From Antedon mediterranea (lineage: Eukaryota; Animalia; Echinodermata), in NCBI RefSeq assembly GCF_964355755.1, contig NC_092674.1, positions 25,358,001-25,422,000 on the forward strand: a stretch of 64,000 bases of DNA, given 5' to 3'. The translations under genes were made by a program, and so were the position numbers. This document shows positions 1 through 11,361 of the stretch, one piece after another. The notes under the pieces are model-generated. The model was not told where the DNA came from. It did not search any database and saw nothing but the letters and a program-made list of their open reading frames with translations. The first letter of the stretch is position 1, and every line of letters starts with the position of its first letter.

Positions 1-85
1 GGGTTGATTACAGTATGTCAAACCTTTTCTGACTAAGGTTATACCACATCAGATTAACCAGGGAACATTTCACTCATCCCTGTAC

Positions 86-118
86 CAAAGATTGTATAGC
101 GCCGCTATACAATCTTTG
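86..118. repeat. 33-bp perfect palindrome (16-bp arms), candidate P-element-type excision footprint; copies at 18911, 30768, 44572
   Basis: CAAAGATTGTATAGCG-C-CGCTATACAATCTTTG; absent at the equivalent site of unit 5 (~58360). Confidence 0.6.
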
Positions 119-425
119 CTTTAACCTTGTTATTTTATTATCTGTACTCAAAGTAACCAGTTTGTTCAAAAACACATTGCTTTCTTCTGTGATGTTTAGA
201 TCACCCGGTTTCTAGGTACTGTATGTTGTGAATAAACAGTAATTAAAATGTGAATAATTGTAATGATCATGGCATCTGTGATACCGCGAAAACTGCCAAA
301 GTGGCTATGGATGAATGCAAATTCCAATGAGGCCTTTTTAACTGTTTGCATGTCAGTGTACTGTTATTGAACTGATATAGCCTTAGCCTTGAATATACAA
401 ACGACTGAACAACCACAACAAATTG

Positions 426-1030
426 CCGTAAAACCTCGAAAAGAAGCCCGTTTTTTTATTGCTCTTGGGTGGGCTTCTTTTCGAGATGGGCTTCTTTTCG
501 AAAGTACTTTTGCAAACTGTAGAGGGGGCTTCTTTTTGAAATGAATGCTGTAAATTTTGTGAATTTCTTCTACAAACAATAATATGACTTTGAGACATTT
601 TTTCAACAATGAAATTATGTTTAATATACCAATTAAAAAACAATATAAAAAGCAAAAAACAGTCCTATGATTCACCGTCAAATACACTCATTTCGTTATC
701 ATCGTCATAAATGTATGATAAACACGATCATACATATTAATTATTATCATCAGTCTTCATCACAAGTATCTGGCATTAAATTATCCTACTACAGTAACTC
801 TTAATGTTTGTATTGTTTATTTCTGTTCCTTTGACTAAATTAATGAACCTATATTGTAGTCTATCTCGAAAAGAAGCCCATACTATCTTGAAAAGAAGCC
901 CAGGGGCTTCATTTCGAGATGGGCTTCTATTCGAGAGTACTTTTGCAAACTGTAGAGGGGGGGGGGCTTCTTTTCGAGATGGGCTTCTTTTTGAGGTTAA
1001 GCCCATGGGCTTCTTTTCGAGGTTTTACGG
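426..1030. mobile_element. Tc1/mariner-pogo-type MITE (TA TSD); copies 19251-19861, 31108-31710, 44921-45517
   Basis: TIR CCGTAAAACCTCGAAAAGAAGCCC / GGGCTTCTTTTCGAGGTTTTACGG, with many internal GGGCTTCTTTTCGA repeats. The empty site CAAATTATACGAAT in unit 5 (~58660) shows the TA duplication. Confidence 0.9.
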
Positions 1031-1499
1031 TATACGAATAATGAACGAATAATTAATGTTTCTCTGAAAGGTTTACTTGCGAAAAGTAGGTAAGCGGGGC
1101 CGTTGTACAGCGGTCTTTAATTTGAGAGAGTCTTTAACTTGATGGAGACACTGTATTTGGGAATATCACTACCATATTTGGGTACTTTTTTGTCAAACTA
1201 GTTTGATAGTGTAGACGGAGCTTTATAAGCTTAGAATTTTGTTTTCTTCATAGTGATACTGAGTTTTTTTCTAAACGGTAATTATGTAATTGCCATACCA
1301 TAATGTCTCATTAAATAAAACCGTAGTTCACCCGGTTTCTAGGTACTGTATGTTGTGAATAAACACAATAATTAAAATTTGAATAATTGTAATGATCGTG
1401 GCATCTGTGATACCGCGAAAACTGCCAAGGTAGGTAAGCGGGGCCGCGGTACAGTGGTCTTTCATGGGAGGGAGTCTTTAACTTGAGGGAGACGATTTA

Positions 1500-1633
1500 T
1501 TTTTAGTCGTGTGCAACGCAACATATGTTACGCGACATTACAGCTCACTATATCGGTCTGTAGGTCGGTCGGTCAGTAAACACTAATTTAAATTTGAGCA
1601 CGCGACTGCAGCCATGTACAGTATGGCCTTGTA
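1500..1633 (+). mobile_element. Short Helentron-associated (HINE/DINE-1-like) element, present in every unit
   Basis: T-run start, subterminal inverted repeat AGTCGTGTG/CACGCGACT, (GGTC)n microsatellite, 3' hairpin GCCAT..ATGGC then CTTGT. Confidence 0.6.
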
Positions 1634-2506
1634 TTGTTTAAGCACGTGAAAGAAAACAAAGTCAAGTGGATAGAATGAATGCAAATACAAATGATGCCTT
1701 TTAAACTTTCCGCGTGCCAATATTTATTGAACTTATATAACCCTAAATTATTTTAAATATACAAACTTCTGAACAACCACAACAAATTTAAGAAAATATT
1801 ATTGGTTTATTATTTCAACCAATATTTACTTTTGTACCAAAATAACATGCATCATATTTGTTTGGCCAAATTGCAAGAATTGCGACCCTAGTAATGGCGC
1901 CAATTCCGTGAGAAAGTAATTTTAGATTTATTTTGAATAGTAAATATTCGAGGAAAACTAAAATGTGGCCACCTTTCAAAACACACACTATATTATGTAA
2001 CTGGAACAGTACACATTTTCGTATTCAATAACAAAACTAAATCAGATACGTTTTAATTATAAATATTAGAGTAGGCCTATTCAAACTTCTGACAAATCAG
2101 AAAAACAAATTTGTGCGTGTATAGGTGTATTATTTCTACCGATATTAACTTTTGTACCAAAATAACATGCATCATTATTTTTTGGGCCAAATTCCAAGAA
2201 CGACGACCCTAGTAATGGCGCCGATTCCGAGAAAGTAATACACAACCAATTGGAGTGAAATTTTAGATTTGATTTGAATAGTAAATATTTGAGGAAATCA
2301 AACATTTGGAATTGGAATTATGGCACAAAGGTGCATGAACCATGTTTTATCTGCCACGTTTCAAAACAAATATTCAAAGTATTCAATAACAAAACTCAGA
2401 TACGTTTTAATTATAAATGTTAGAGTAGTATATAAGTAGTATTAGTTTCAATATAATTATATTCGACAGGCTATACAGGGCCTTCAGTATACTTGTTTCT
2501 TTCTTA

Positions 2507-2722
2507 AGCGTGGTTCCCACTAGAACGCAACGCAACGTAAAGCAGCGACGTATCGACGCAAAGTGTTGTATTGCGTAATCACAAGTGGGAACTGACATGC
2601 AACAGTGCTGGAAACATCGCAGGTTTGATTTCACGCAGGCGGGGGCAAACACAATTATTGGAAGGGAATTTTCTTATGTTGCGTAGGTTGCGTTACGTTG
2701 CGTCGCTAGTGGGAACCACGAT
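2507..2722. mobile_element. PIF/Harbinger-type MITE (TTA TSD); copies 21324-21539, 33159-33374, 48616-~48812 (right end deleted)
   Basis: TIR AGCGTGGTTCCCACTAG / CTAGTGGGAACCACGCT flanked by TTA. Confidence 0.85.
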
Positions 2723-3116
2723 TTACTGGAAAAACAATGAAAAGACGTCGTCGATAATGAGGTGGTGCACACATTTGAGAGAGAGATAACGTATACTGTA
2801 GGCATAAAATTGACCATGTGTATCATACTTTTACCTTTTTATTACTTATTGGTAATTGTCCGCCAATCAATATAAACACTGTGTTTCTTCTTACTCCATT
2901 GGTCATCCCATTCCAAAATTTTGAAGCAATAAGAAAAATGGCCTATGCTCAAGACAGTTGTTATGGGCACAATAAATTAAAATACGATGAAAGTTCTTTC
3001 TAAATTGGTCAACTTTATTAATGCCATAGCTTGAGCGCCTTTCACCGATCGAGCGACTTTCTATGAGAAGAAGAAGTCGTGTCACATAAGAATATAATAA
3101 ACGGCTCTGATTGTTA

Positions 3117-3231
3117 AGCTTTGGTTCCCACTAGGGCGTACCGCGTAATTTTACCAATCACAAGCTATGGATAATCCAAACTGATGCTTGTCATGGTCAA
3201 CTCGCTTGCGTTGTCTAGTGGGAACCAAGCT
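3117..3231. mobile_element. Short related Harbinger-type MITE (units 1-4)
   Basis: AGCTTTGGTTCCCACTAG ... CTAGTGGGAACCAAGCT flanked by TTA. Confidence 0.75.
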
Positions 3232-4218
3232 TTAGCGCTATCTGCCATTCATTTTAATACTGCACGCCTTTATATTGGGACCGGTAGTGATATTTATTTC
3301 CGTACACAAGTCCTCCTCATGAAACATCACAAAATAAACATGAATATTCATTAGTCATATCCATATCCAAGGTGTGATGTAAGAATTGAGCTAACTACAA
3401 TTCGCTAATGCGAACAATGCTTTCTGTTGAGCCGTCTGTTTTTGTCGAATCGATTAGACAAATCCCATGAGCAACTTATTTTTACTTTATGGTGATAATA
3501 GTGAGAGAGATTATTTAGAGGGTTAGGTTTTAGTTATATTTAGGAAGTAGTTCGGCTATCTTTCACATAAGTGGTCCCCAACTTATGTACGAAAAAAAAA
3601 TCGCGACCCCGTAATTCAACTGTGTTTCACGTACAGTAAGCCTTATGCGAAATTTTGTAACTAGACTGGAGAGATTTGAATGAAACCTAGCCACAATGAC
3701 CCTAACTCATGATTTTGTTTTCACGAAACAGTATGCTAAGACAGTACCGAAACCATCAGTAAAATCAAGCATTTCGAGAAGAAACGTAACTGATGTTTCC
3801 CATGAAGATGAGAGTGTTTGGCCATTTTCAACGAATGGAAACATGTCGTCGAATTCTTCCATATTCCCGTACAACGGTTGTAGCAGTGAAAGACGGTATC
3901 AAGGTATATGCATGTACATACAACTGATTTCAAAAAAAGTAAAACGCAATGGCTGATGTAAAACGGAATTTGAATCATAATATAAACTTGTTGTATATAT
4001 AGCATGATAATTTAAATTTTCCAGATCAACCTAACGTTTTAAGCAATACTGGGTTTATCGCCTGTAATGTTATCTTGTAATCGTTACAAACAGTATCAAA
4101 GACCTAGTCCAGGATTCGCTGTAGCACCACGTCTGCGTCTGCCAAAGAAACCAGTACCACAACCTAAAGGAGCCAGGTCAATGCCTGGCTCTTCAATTAT
4201 TCGTTATAACAGACAGCG

Positions 4219-4609
4219 TGTTAACAGGTGTACAGGATAAGTCAGGCAGATAACAACAATCACGATGCTCAGTAAAATCTGTCAAAGTATCTTTATTCTT
4301 TTCTCTTTCTTTCTTTAATTTGAGTATGGTCGAGGATTGAGAGGTTTCGAAACTTCTGAACCTTCCTAGTACACTTGAAATCTTCCTTTATCTATTAACA
4401 ATATTATCTTAAAGTATATGTCTAGTTTCCCTATGAAACTATACTTTAAACTACACTTTGGATGTTTAGTTCCCCTATAGAACTACGAAACCATCTTTGC
4501 ACATGGTTTTTTGCCATCATCCTCCGATCATGTCGAAGGTTATCGCTAGAGGGCTAATCTAAAATAATTATCTAGCGCCCTCATCTATATGTATCTTATG
4601 AACTTTACA
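4219..4609 (-). repeat. 3' LTR
   Basis: Direct repeat of 10137-10527; AATAAA on the - strand at 4292-4297. Confidence 0.97.
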
Positions 4610-4620
4610 CCGGCCCTCCT
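4610..4620 (-). other. Polypurine tract
   Basis: AGGAGGGCCGG on the - strand immediately before the 3' LTR. Confidence 0.8.
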
Positions 4621-4766
4621 AATGCGAATAACATAAAATGAGCATTAGCAAACTGCAAAACAATTAGTAATCTTAATAATTAGTCTCGTTTAAAAATTTG
4701 TATCATCGTTAACTAAATAGCGTAAGATTTACTTGTTATTAGTTAACTATATTATGACATAAATAA

Positions 4767-7700
4767 TTATGGAGAATCTGCTTCTAACAACACCACCAAC
4801 TTAGTAATTGGTCTCTTCAGTTCAGATGTGCTTGTCTTGAGCTTCACTGCTCTAACATAACCTTTGTCATCAGGGTATACCTCCACCACTCTGCCCATTG
4901 GCCATTGTCCTCTTGGTGAGTTGTTGTCGCATATCAACACGATTTCTCCTACATTCACATTTTTTCTCTGGTGAAACCATCTCTGTCGTTCCTGAAGTGT
5001 TACCAAATATTCCTTGGACCAACGTCTCCAGAAGAGATTTGTTAAATACTGAATTTGTCTCCATCCCTTTACTAGTTCCTTTCTTTCGAACACGCCTGGT
5101 TCCATTGATGTTTGCTTGTTTCCCACAAGAAAGTGGTTAGGTGTTAACGGATCTTTATCTAATGGACTGTCTGATATAATCGTCAACGGTCTGCTATTGA
5201 CAATTCCTTCAACTTCACAAAATACTGTTGGAAGTCCTTCGACATCTAGCTCCATTGGTTGCTCCTTCAGAACACTATATAAGACCTTCCGAACAGAACG
5301 AATCATTCTCTCCCATGTGCCACCGTAGTGTGAAGCGGAAGGCGGATTAAATTTCCAGTCTATATTTTGTCGAAGCACATTACTTTGGATTTCCCTTGGG
5401 TCGAGCTCCTTAATTGCCTTTTTCAGCTCATTCTTGGCACCAATGAGGTTTGTTCCATTGTCTGACATTATCATGCGTATTGGGCCTCTCCTTGCGGTAA
5501 AACGTCGAAGAGCATTGAGGCAACTAGTGGTCGTCAATGAGTGAGATACTTCCAAGTGAATTGCTCTAGTTTTCAAACAGGTAAATATTACTCCATATCT
5601 CTTATGTATAGTTCTTCCCCTTTTTATATCGAAGGGTCCAAAGTAATCCATTCCAGTATGTGAGAATGGGTTTTCGCCAACAGTTACTCTACAACTCGGC
5701 AGGTCGGCCATTTTCTGGTTTTCCGCTCTTCTGTGGTACCTTCTACATAGTACGCATTTGCTGATTAATTTCCTGGTAGCAGAGACCACTTGAGGTATCC
5801 AGTATTTTTTCCTCAGGTGCGTTATGATTTGGTTTCTGCCACAATGGCCAAGATTTCTGTGCATCTCTCGTATTATTAACTGGGAAACATGAGAGTTCTT
5901 AGGCAGGATCATTTGGTGTTTAGACGAACCCAACTCTGCTCTTCTCAAGCGACCTCCTACCTTTAGGACGCCATTTTCCAAAAATGGATCAAGTTTTACT
6001 AATGGACTTGATTTCTTGATTTGATTACCAGCTTCCAATGATTTAATCTCTTCTATGTATCTCCTTCTTTGAACATTTCTTACGAGAGACACTTCAGCTG
6101 CCTTTAGTTCGGATACCGTCAGATATTTTCTGTCTACATCCTTCTTGCGAAGAACCTGTTTTAACTTTATCATCCAGGCGGTGGCTCTACGTAGGCGACT
6201 CCAAGATGAATAGTGTTTCGCCAAGGTTTCTAATGTATCAGCATAAGGCAAGACTGGGCATGCAACCTTCTTGACTTCAGGATCATCTATCTTCAAATTA
6301 TGGCTACCTTGAATTTGTTGAGGCCACTGGTTTGTTTCCTGCCAGAGGAATTCCGGCCCTCGTAACCACATTTTCTCATTTTCGATTTTTCCTAGTTTCA
6401 GTCCTCTTGAGGCGATGTCAGCAGGGTTATCTTTAGTACCAACATGTCTCCATTGACTCGTAGTAGATCCTTCTTGTATGACATTTAGTCGATTAGCAAC
6501 AAAGGTACTGAATCTTGTACTCACATTGTTAATATAGTTGATCACCAACATGCTATCAGTCCAGAAAAGGATATCGTCAAAGTTGTAATCTATTTCAGAT
6601 TGGATTAAGCTTGCACTCTTAACCGCCAATGTCGCTGCTGTAAGCTCAAGTCGTGGTATTGTCATTCGCTTGAGTGGTGAAACTCTTGAACGGCTATACA
6701 GATTGTTGCAGGTAATGGCTCCATCTACTACACATCGTACGTAGGCGACTATTCCGTAGCCCCTTTCACTAGCGTCTGCGAACATATGGAGTTGACATGG
6801 TCTCTTTGCACAATTCAAGTTAACGCATCTTGGTATCTTGATGTTAGAAATAAGTTTTAATTCTTCCAACCAGGTCTGCCAGCGTTGTTTTATTTCCCCG
6901 TCAATGGGTTCATCCCAGCCTTTGTTATCTCGCATTACTTCTTGAAGTAATATCTTCGCCGGTAGGATAACTGGTGCTATTAAGCCCATTGGGTCAAAAA
7001 CAGAACTTATTGTAGATAAGATTCCTCTCCTTGTGACAGCTTGCTCTCTGGTTGGAGCTTCGAAATATAAATAATCTTCTTCTGGATGCCATTTAATGCC
7101 TAATGCTCTTTCACATGGTATGGTTTCTTCATGTAGATTAATTGACTGAAGTTCCTTTGACCGTTCAGATTCTGGTATAGTGTTTATTACTTTCTTTGAA
7201 TTGCTGGTCCATTTTGTCAAACGAAATCCTCCATCTTGGCATAGTATTCTCAGCTGCTTAATAAGTTCCACTCCTGTCTCCGGATTCTCAACACTCTTTA
7301 ACAGATCATCTACGTAGAAGTTACGTAACAATGTTTTCTTGGTGTTTTCTTGGATTTCTGAAATAGAGCAGTCGGCTGCTGTCTGTTGTAGTGCCTTATT
7401 TGCACATGAGGGTGACGAGGTTGATCCGAATAGGTGCACGGTCATTCTATATTCTACGGGAGTAGCGTAAATGTTTCCATTTGGGAACCATAGAAATCTG
7501 AGGAAGTTTCTATCACTTTCCGGTACTTTGACTTGGTGGAACATCTTTTCCACGTCAGCAATTATGGCAACTTCTTCTTCCCTGAAACGGAGTAGCACCC
7601 CCAATAGGTTGCTAGTCAGGTTTGGTCCGGGTAACAAAACATCATTAAGAGCTACTCCCTGATATCTTGCTCCACAGTCGAAAACCACTCTTAACTTCCC

Positions 7701-10121
7701 AGGTTTCTGGGGATTGTAAACGCCATGGTGAGGGATATACCATTTGTGTCCATCTTGTATAATTTCGTCAGGTGGTACTCTCTCTGCATATCCCTTGGTT
7801 AGCAATTCATCCATGTAGTTGATGTATTCCATTGCATATGGTTTATCTGCTTTCAGACGACGACATAATGACTCTAGTCGTTTGACTGCTTGTAGTCTGT
7901 TGTCAGGCATGACCACTTCATTGCGTCTAAAGGGAAGGCTAATTGTAAAGTGATTGTCGGGTCCCTTCACTATGCTTTCGTTTACTTTCCTGAGGAATAA
8001 TTTATCTTCAACAGAATGGTTTTGTGTAAGATCCAAACCACTTTCTGGGAAGTCAATCTCGGTGCTCCTTTTTACTAACTTCTCCAACGTGTCGTAAGTA
8101 GACTTTTCTACATTTCTTCCAACGAAGTTTGCTGGGTATGGGTGACTACTTTCGTGGTTACCAATCAAGTTCCAAACGATCCACCCCAGGTTAGTTCTGG
8201 TTGCATGGGGAGCGTCGATAGGTCCTGTTTTTACTTCCAGAGGTGTATAAGCACTTGCTACACCCATGCCTATCAGTAGACCCACTTCTTTACCCTTATC
8301 TATCTGGGGTATTTGTACGCCTTGTAAATGTGGCCACTTGTCGATGTCCGATTGTTTAGGAAAGTGTGCCTTCTGAATAGGTAAGTTGCTCTTAGTATAT
8401 GCAGTGTGTATAACAGTTTCCATATTTCTGTTGTCTAGGGAAGTTACCTTTAGTCCCTTTACCGCCTTTGTTGTTAATCGGTACGTAGACCCCATCGTGT
8501 CAATGGTGATACATTCATTCCTTCCACCAACGCCAAGTTGTTTTACGAGTGCCTCTGAGCAAAACGAAATGGTGCTCCCTGGATCTAGAAAGGCGTATGT
8601 TTCTACTTGGTGTGAGCATCCAACGCTTACGCGAACTGGGATCACTGCCAAGGCACATTCTCCTTGATTTATCTTGGCACACGCAGCTTGCAGTTGGTTA
8701 GGCTGCTTATCGTTATTCTTGTTTGTCGTTTCAGTGTTGACAACTGGGTCTTGGTGGAGCGTGGTTGGGTGCCTCCTCTTACATTTGGTGCACGTGTGGC
8801 GACTGTTGCAATGTTTAGCCAAGTGACCAGTAGTTAAGCAGCCGTAGCATAATCTGTGTTCTTTAATGTAGGTTAGTTTCTCTGGTCTTTGCAGGTTGTC
8901 GAATTTCCTGCATTCTTCTATTCTGTGTGCGCCTTTACTGCAGTAAAGACAGTCTCTTTGCACTTCGACTGCAGCATAAGCTCCCTTTGGTCTATGTGGT
9001 GGTTTGCGCTGAGATACTTTTTCGTCTTTAATGTTCCCAAACGTAGGATTACTAAGAATCCTGGACTGTTTTTCTACGAATAGTACAAAGTCGTCAAATT
9101 GTACCCTTCTGGTTTCTTGAATAAGGTCTGTTTTGGTCCTCCATTTGTCTCTCATGCGGTAAGGCAGTTTCAACGTGAGGGTCTGTATGCTACTTGTATG
9201 ATTTAATTCTTGTAAATGATCGAGACTGGACATGGAGTTCTTACATTCGATAAGTAGTAATGAGTATCTGGACAAAGAATCTTTATCCTCTGCCTTTATC
9301 TCAGGAAAGTCCTTTAATGATGTAATATAGGCATCCGCCAATCTGAATGGATTACCGTATTTATCTATTAGCGCCTGCTTCGCTTGTCTAAAGCCTTCTC
9401 CAGGATCCATAGCTAAATAGCTCTTGACCAGATTATTCACCTCACCAGTTGTATATTGTTCTAAGTAGTACAGTTTGTCTCTCTCGCTGCGAACCTTGCC
9501 TTCCACCTCGTGCTCAAAGGCTCTCTTAAATCGTCCATAATCCATTGGGTTGCCGTCGAATTTTGTAAGTCCCCTTTTAGGTAGACTTGTTTGTATCAAC
9601 CATTGGGACAGTACTTCTCCCTGTTTTTCAATCAAATTCTGTAGTAGTATATTATTGGTCTGTTCAACGGCTGGAGTAGGTGTAATCGGGTAAGGTGCAG
9701 AGCTTATTTCGGGTTTAGGTGTAACTGTGGTCTAATCTGTAGTTGGGTTTGCCCTTGGAAACCATGATGTTGCATTAGGTGATAATGTAGGTGGTACTGG
9801 TTCTAAGACAGGCTGTACCGCTTCGTTTTCGTCTAATGAGTCAAGGTATTGACTAACCTTATCGACCGCATCAGTATTTGGTACCTGAGGTGTATCCTCA
9901 GCCGTAATGGACAATCGTTCTAGCTCTTTGTCCAAGGCATCTGAGCGGGCTTGTGCTACGGCTAATTTACCCTCTTCTTCTATTTGTTCAAGTTCTAATC
10001 TTTTCTGTAAGGTCTTCTTATTATATTGAGCTCTCGCCTTAGCAACCGCCAATTCAGCTCTTGCTTCTGCTGCTGATATCTCTAATTGGCTACTTCTAGT
10101 CGAACTCTGTGTGCTTGACAT
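4767..10121 (-). CDS. BEL/Pao Gag-Pol polyprotein (~1784 codons) interrupted by one in-frame TAG at 9732-9734
   Basis: ATG (MSSTQ) at 10121; the two ORF-track ORFs share a frame with open sequence between them. Gag FDGNP motif; triple Cys-His box (CLYC..H..C, CYGC..H..C, CTKC..H..H); protease FLDPGS; RT YVDD; RNase H FADAS/IPRLEL/WTDS/NPAD; integrase HHCC and DYFGP/SDNG/WER. PR-RT-RH-IN order. Confidence 0.95.
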
Positions 10122-10125
10122 TGTC

Positions 10126-10136
10126 AAGTTTCGAAA
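10126..10136 (-). promoter_or_regulatory. Non-tRNA primer-binding site candidate (TTTCGAAACTT), complementary to LTR 10263-10273
   Basis: Directly abuts the 5' LTR end, has no TGG, and is a perfect 11-nt inverted repeat of a sequence upstream of the LTR poly(A) signal. Confidence 0.65.
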
Positions 10137-10527
10137 TGTTAACAGGTGTACAGGATAAGTCAGGCAGATAACAACAATCATGATGCTCAGTAAAATCTGT
10201 CAAAGTATCTTTATTCTTTTCTCTTTCTTTCTTTAATTTGAGTATGGTCGAGGATTGAGAGGTTTCGAAACTTCTGAACCTTCCTAGTACACTTGAAATC
10301 TTCCTTTATCTATTAACAATATTATCTTAAAGTATATGTCTAGTTTCCCTATGAAACTATACTTTAAACTACACTTTGGATGTTTAGTTCCCCTATAGAA
10401 CTACGAAACCATCTTTGCACATGGTTTTTTGCCATCATCCTCCGATCATGTCGAAGGTTATCGCTAGAGGGCTAATCTAAAATAATTATCTAGCGCCCTC
10501 ATCTATATGTATCTTATGAACTTTACA
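10137..10527 (-). repeat. 5' LTR
   Basis: Direct repeat of 4219-4609; upstream of gag on the - strand. Confidence 0.97.
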
Positions 10528-10532
10528 CAGCG

Positions 10533-11148
10533 TTTTTATTATATATATCTATTTTAAAATCACAAACTATATTTAATGTAAAAATAATACTATATGGTCC
10601 TATTGCGATAACTTTTTTCGTCTTTAAACGGTTAAAAATGTGAAAAATAAATCGATTCTAATAATTATAGAGGTCCGCTATAAATCCCAAAATGCATTGC
10701 GCGCGGATTGATATTTTTGTTTTTCACCTGTAATTCGCCCACTTTTCGATCGATCGTGAAGCCAAAACAAATGGAAGACTCCTAACTTTTCAGCGAAAAT
10801 ACCGGGTTTTCCCCAATTTGTATCAACGGAGTCTAGCAAAAATAGAAAGACAATTAATGCAGCAACTATACAACGTCAGGCTAGGTATATAGCTAGCGTA
10901 CGATGTTCGTACGTTATCGATGTTTACCAGCTAGGCCTACAAAACTAAGCCTAGCTAGGCTAGGCCTAAGACCGTCCACGAGAGGTCGATCGCCGCGAGC
11001 TACTTAGGTAGTGCATTGTTTCTCACTTTTTATCATAATTTACCATAAAACGTACATTTAAGACAAGGAATGACATGGTTTAATGTTTTTAAAGTGATAT
11101 ATATGTATTATTTTCCAAAAAACGTCCAAAATTGCAGGGAAGGGGTCT
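10533..11148. mobile_element. Kolobok-like MITE, left terminus deleted
   Basis: Same sequence as 50297-50922; ends GGGAAGGGGTCT-TTAA. Confidence 0.85.
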
Positions 11149-11199
11149 TTAAGGTGAGTTTCAGTACAAGCATGTACCTTTAACTGTCATGAAACACGT

Positions 11200-11361
11200 A
11201 TAGAACGCCGTTACTTCTTTCTTCGGCTCTTTTACCATTACGTTCGGCACTTTCACCATTTCATACGGCTCTGGTAAAAGAGCCGTATAAAATGATGAAA
11301 GAGCCAAATGGTAAAGGGCCGAATGGTAAACGAGCCGAATAAGGCAGTAACGGCGTTCCAT
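11200..11361. mobile_element. Small MITE in gene A intron 2 (units 1-4)
   Basis: TIR ATAGAACGCCGTTACT / AGTAACGGCGTTCCAT; flanks AAACACGT / AGACACGT (8-bp TSD, one mismatch); internal GGCTC/ACCATT repeats. Confidence 0.7.

Larger units (their letters stand above)
4219..10527 (-). mobile_element. Full-length BEL/Pao LTR retrotransposon (Sinbad/Suzu-like)
   Basis: 391-bp TG...CA LTRs differing at one base (4263 C vs 10181 T); 5-bp TSD CAGCG (4214-4218, 10528-10532); polypurine tract; gag-pol ORF; absent from units 2-4. Confidence 0.98.

Noticed and set aside
426-1030. CRISPR-like array or short ORFs from the GGGCTTCTTTTCGA repeats
   Set aside because: Irregular spacing, both orientations, bounded by TIRs and a TA TSD in eukaryotic DNA: a MITE.
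4621-4766. env-like gene in the retrotransposon
   Set aside because: Only ~145 bp of AT-rich sequence lies between the pol stop and the PPT.
4870-9083. Short overlapping or antisense ORFs within pol
   Set aside because: Shadow frames of a long coding region; no recognisable motifs.
9732-10181. Separate 149-aa gene starting at 10181
   Set aside because: That ATG is the single LTR polymorphism inside U5. The ORF is the gag N-terminus, in frame with 4767-9635, whose listed start is a TTG.
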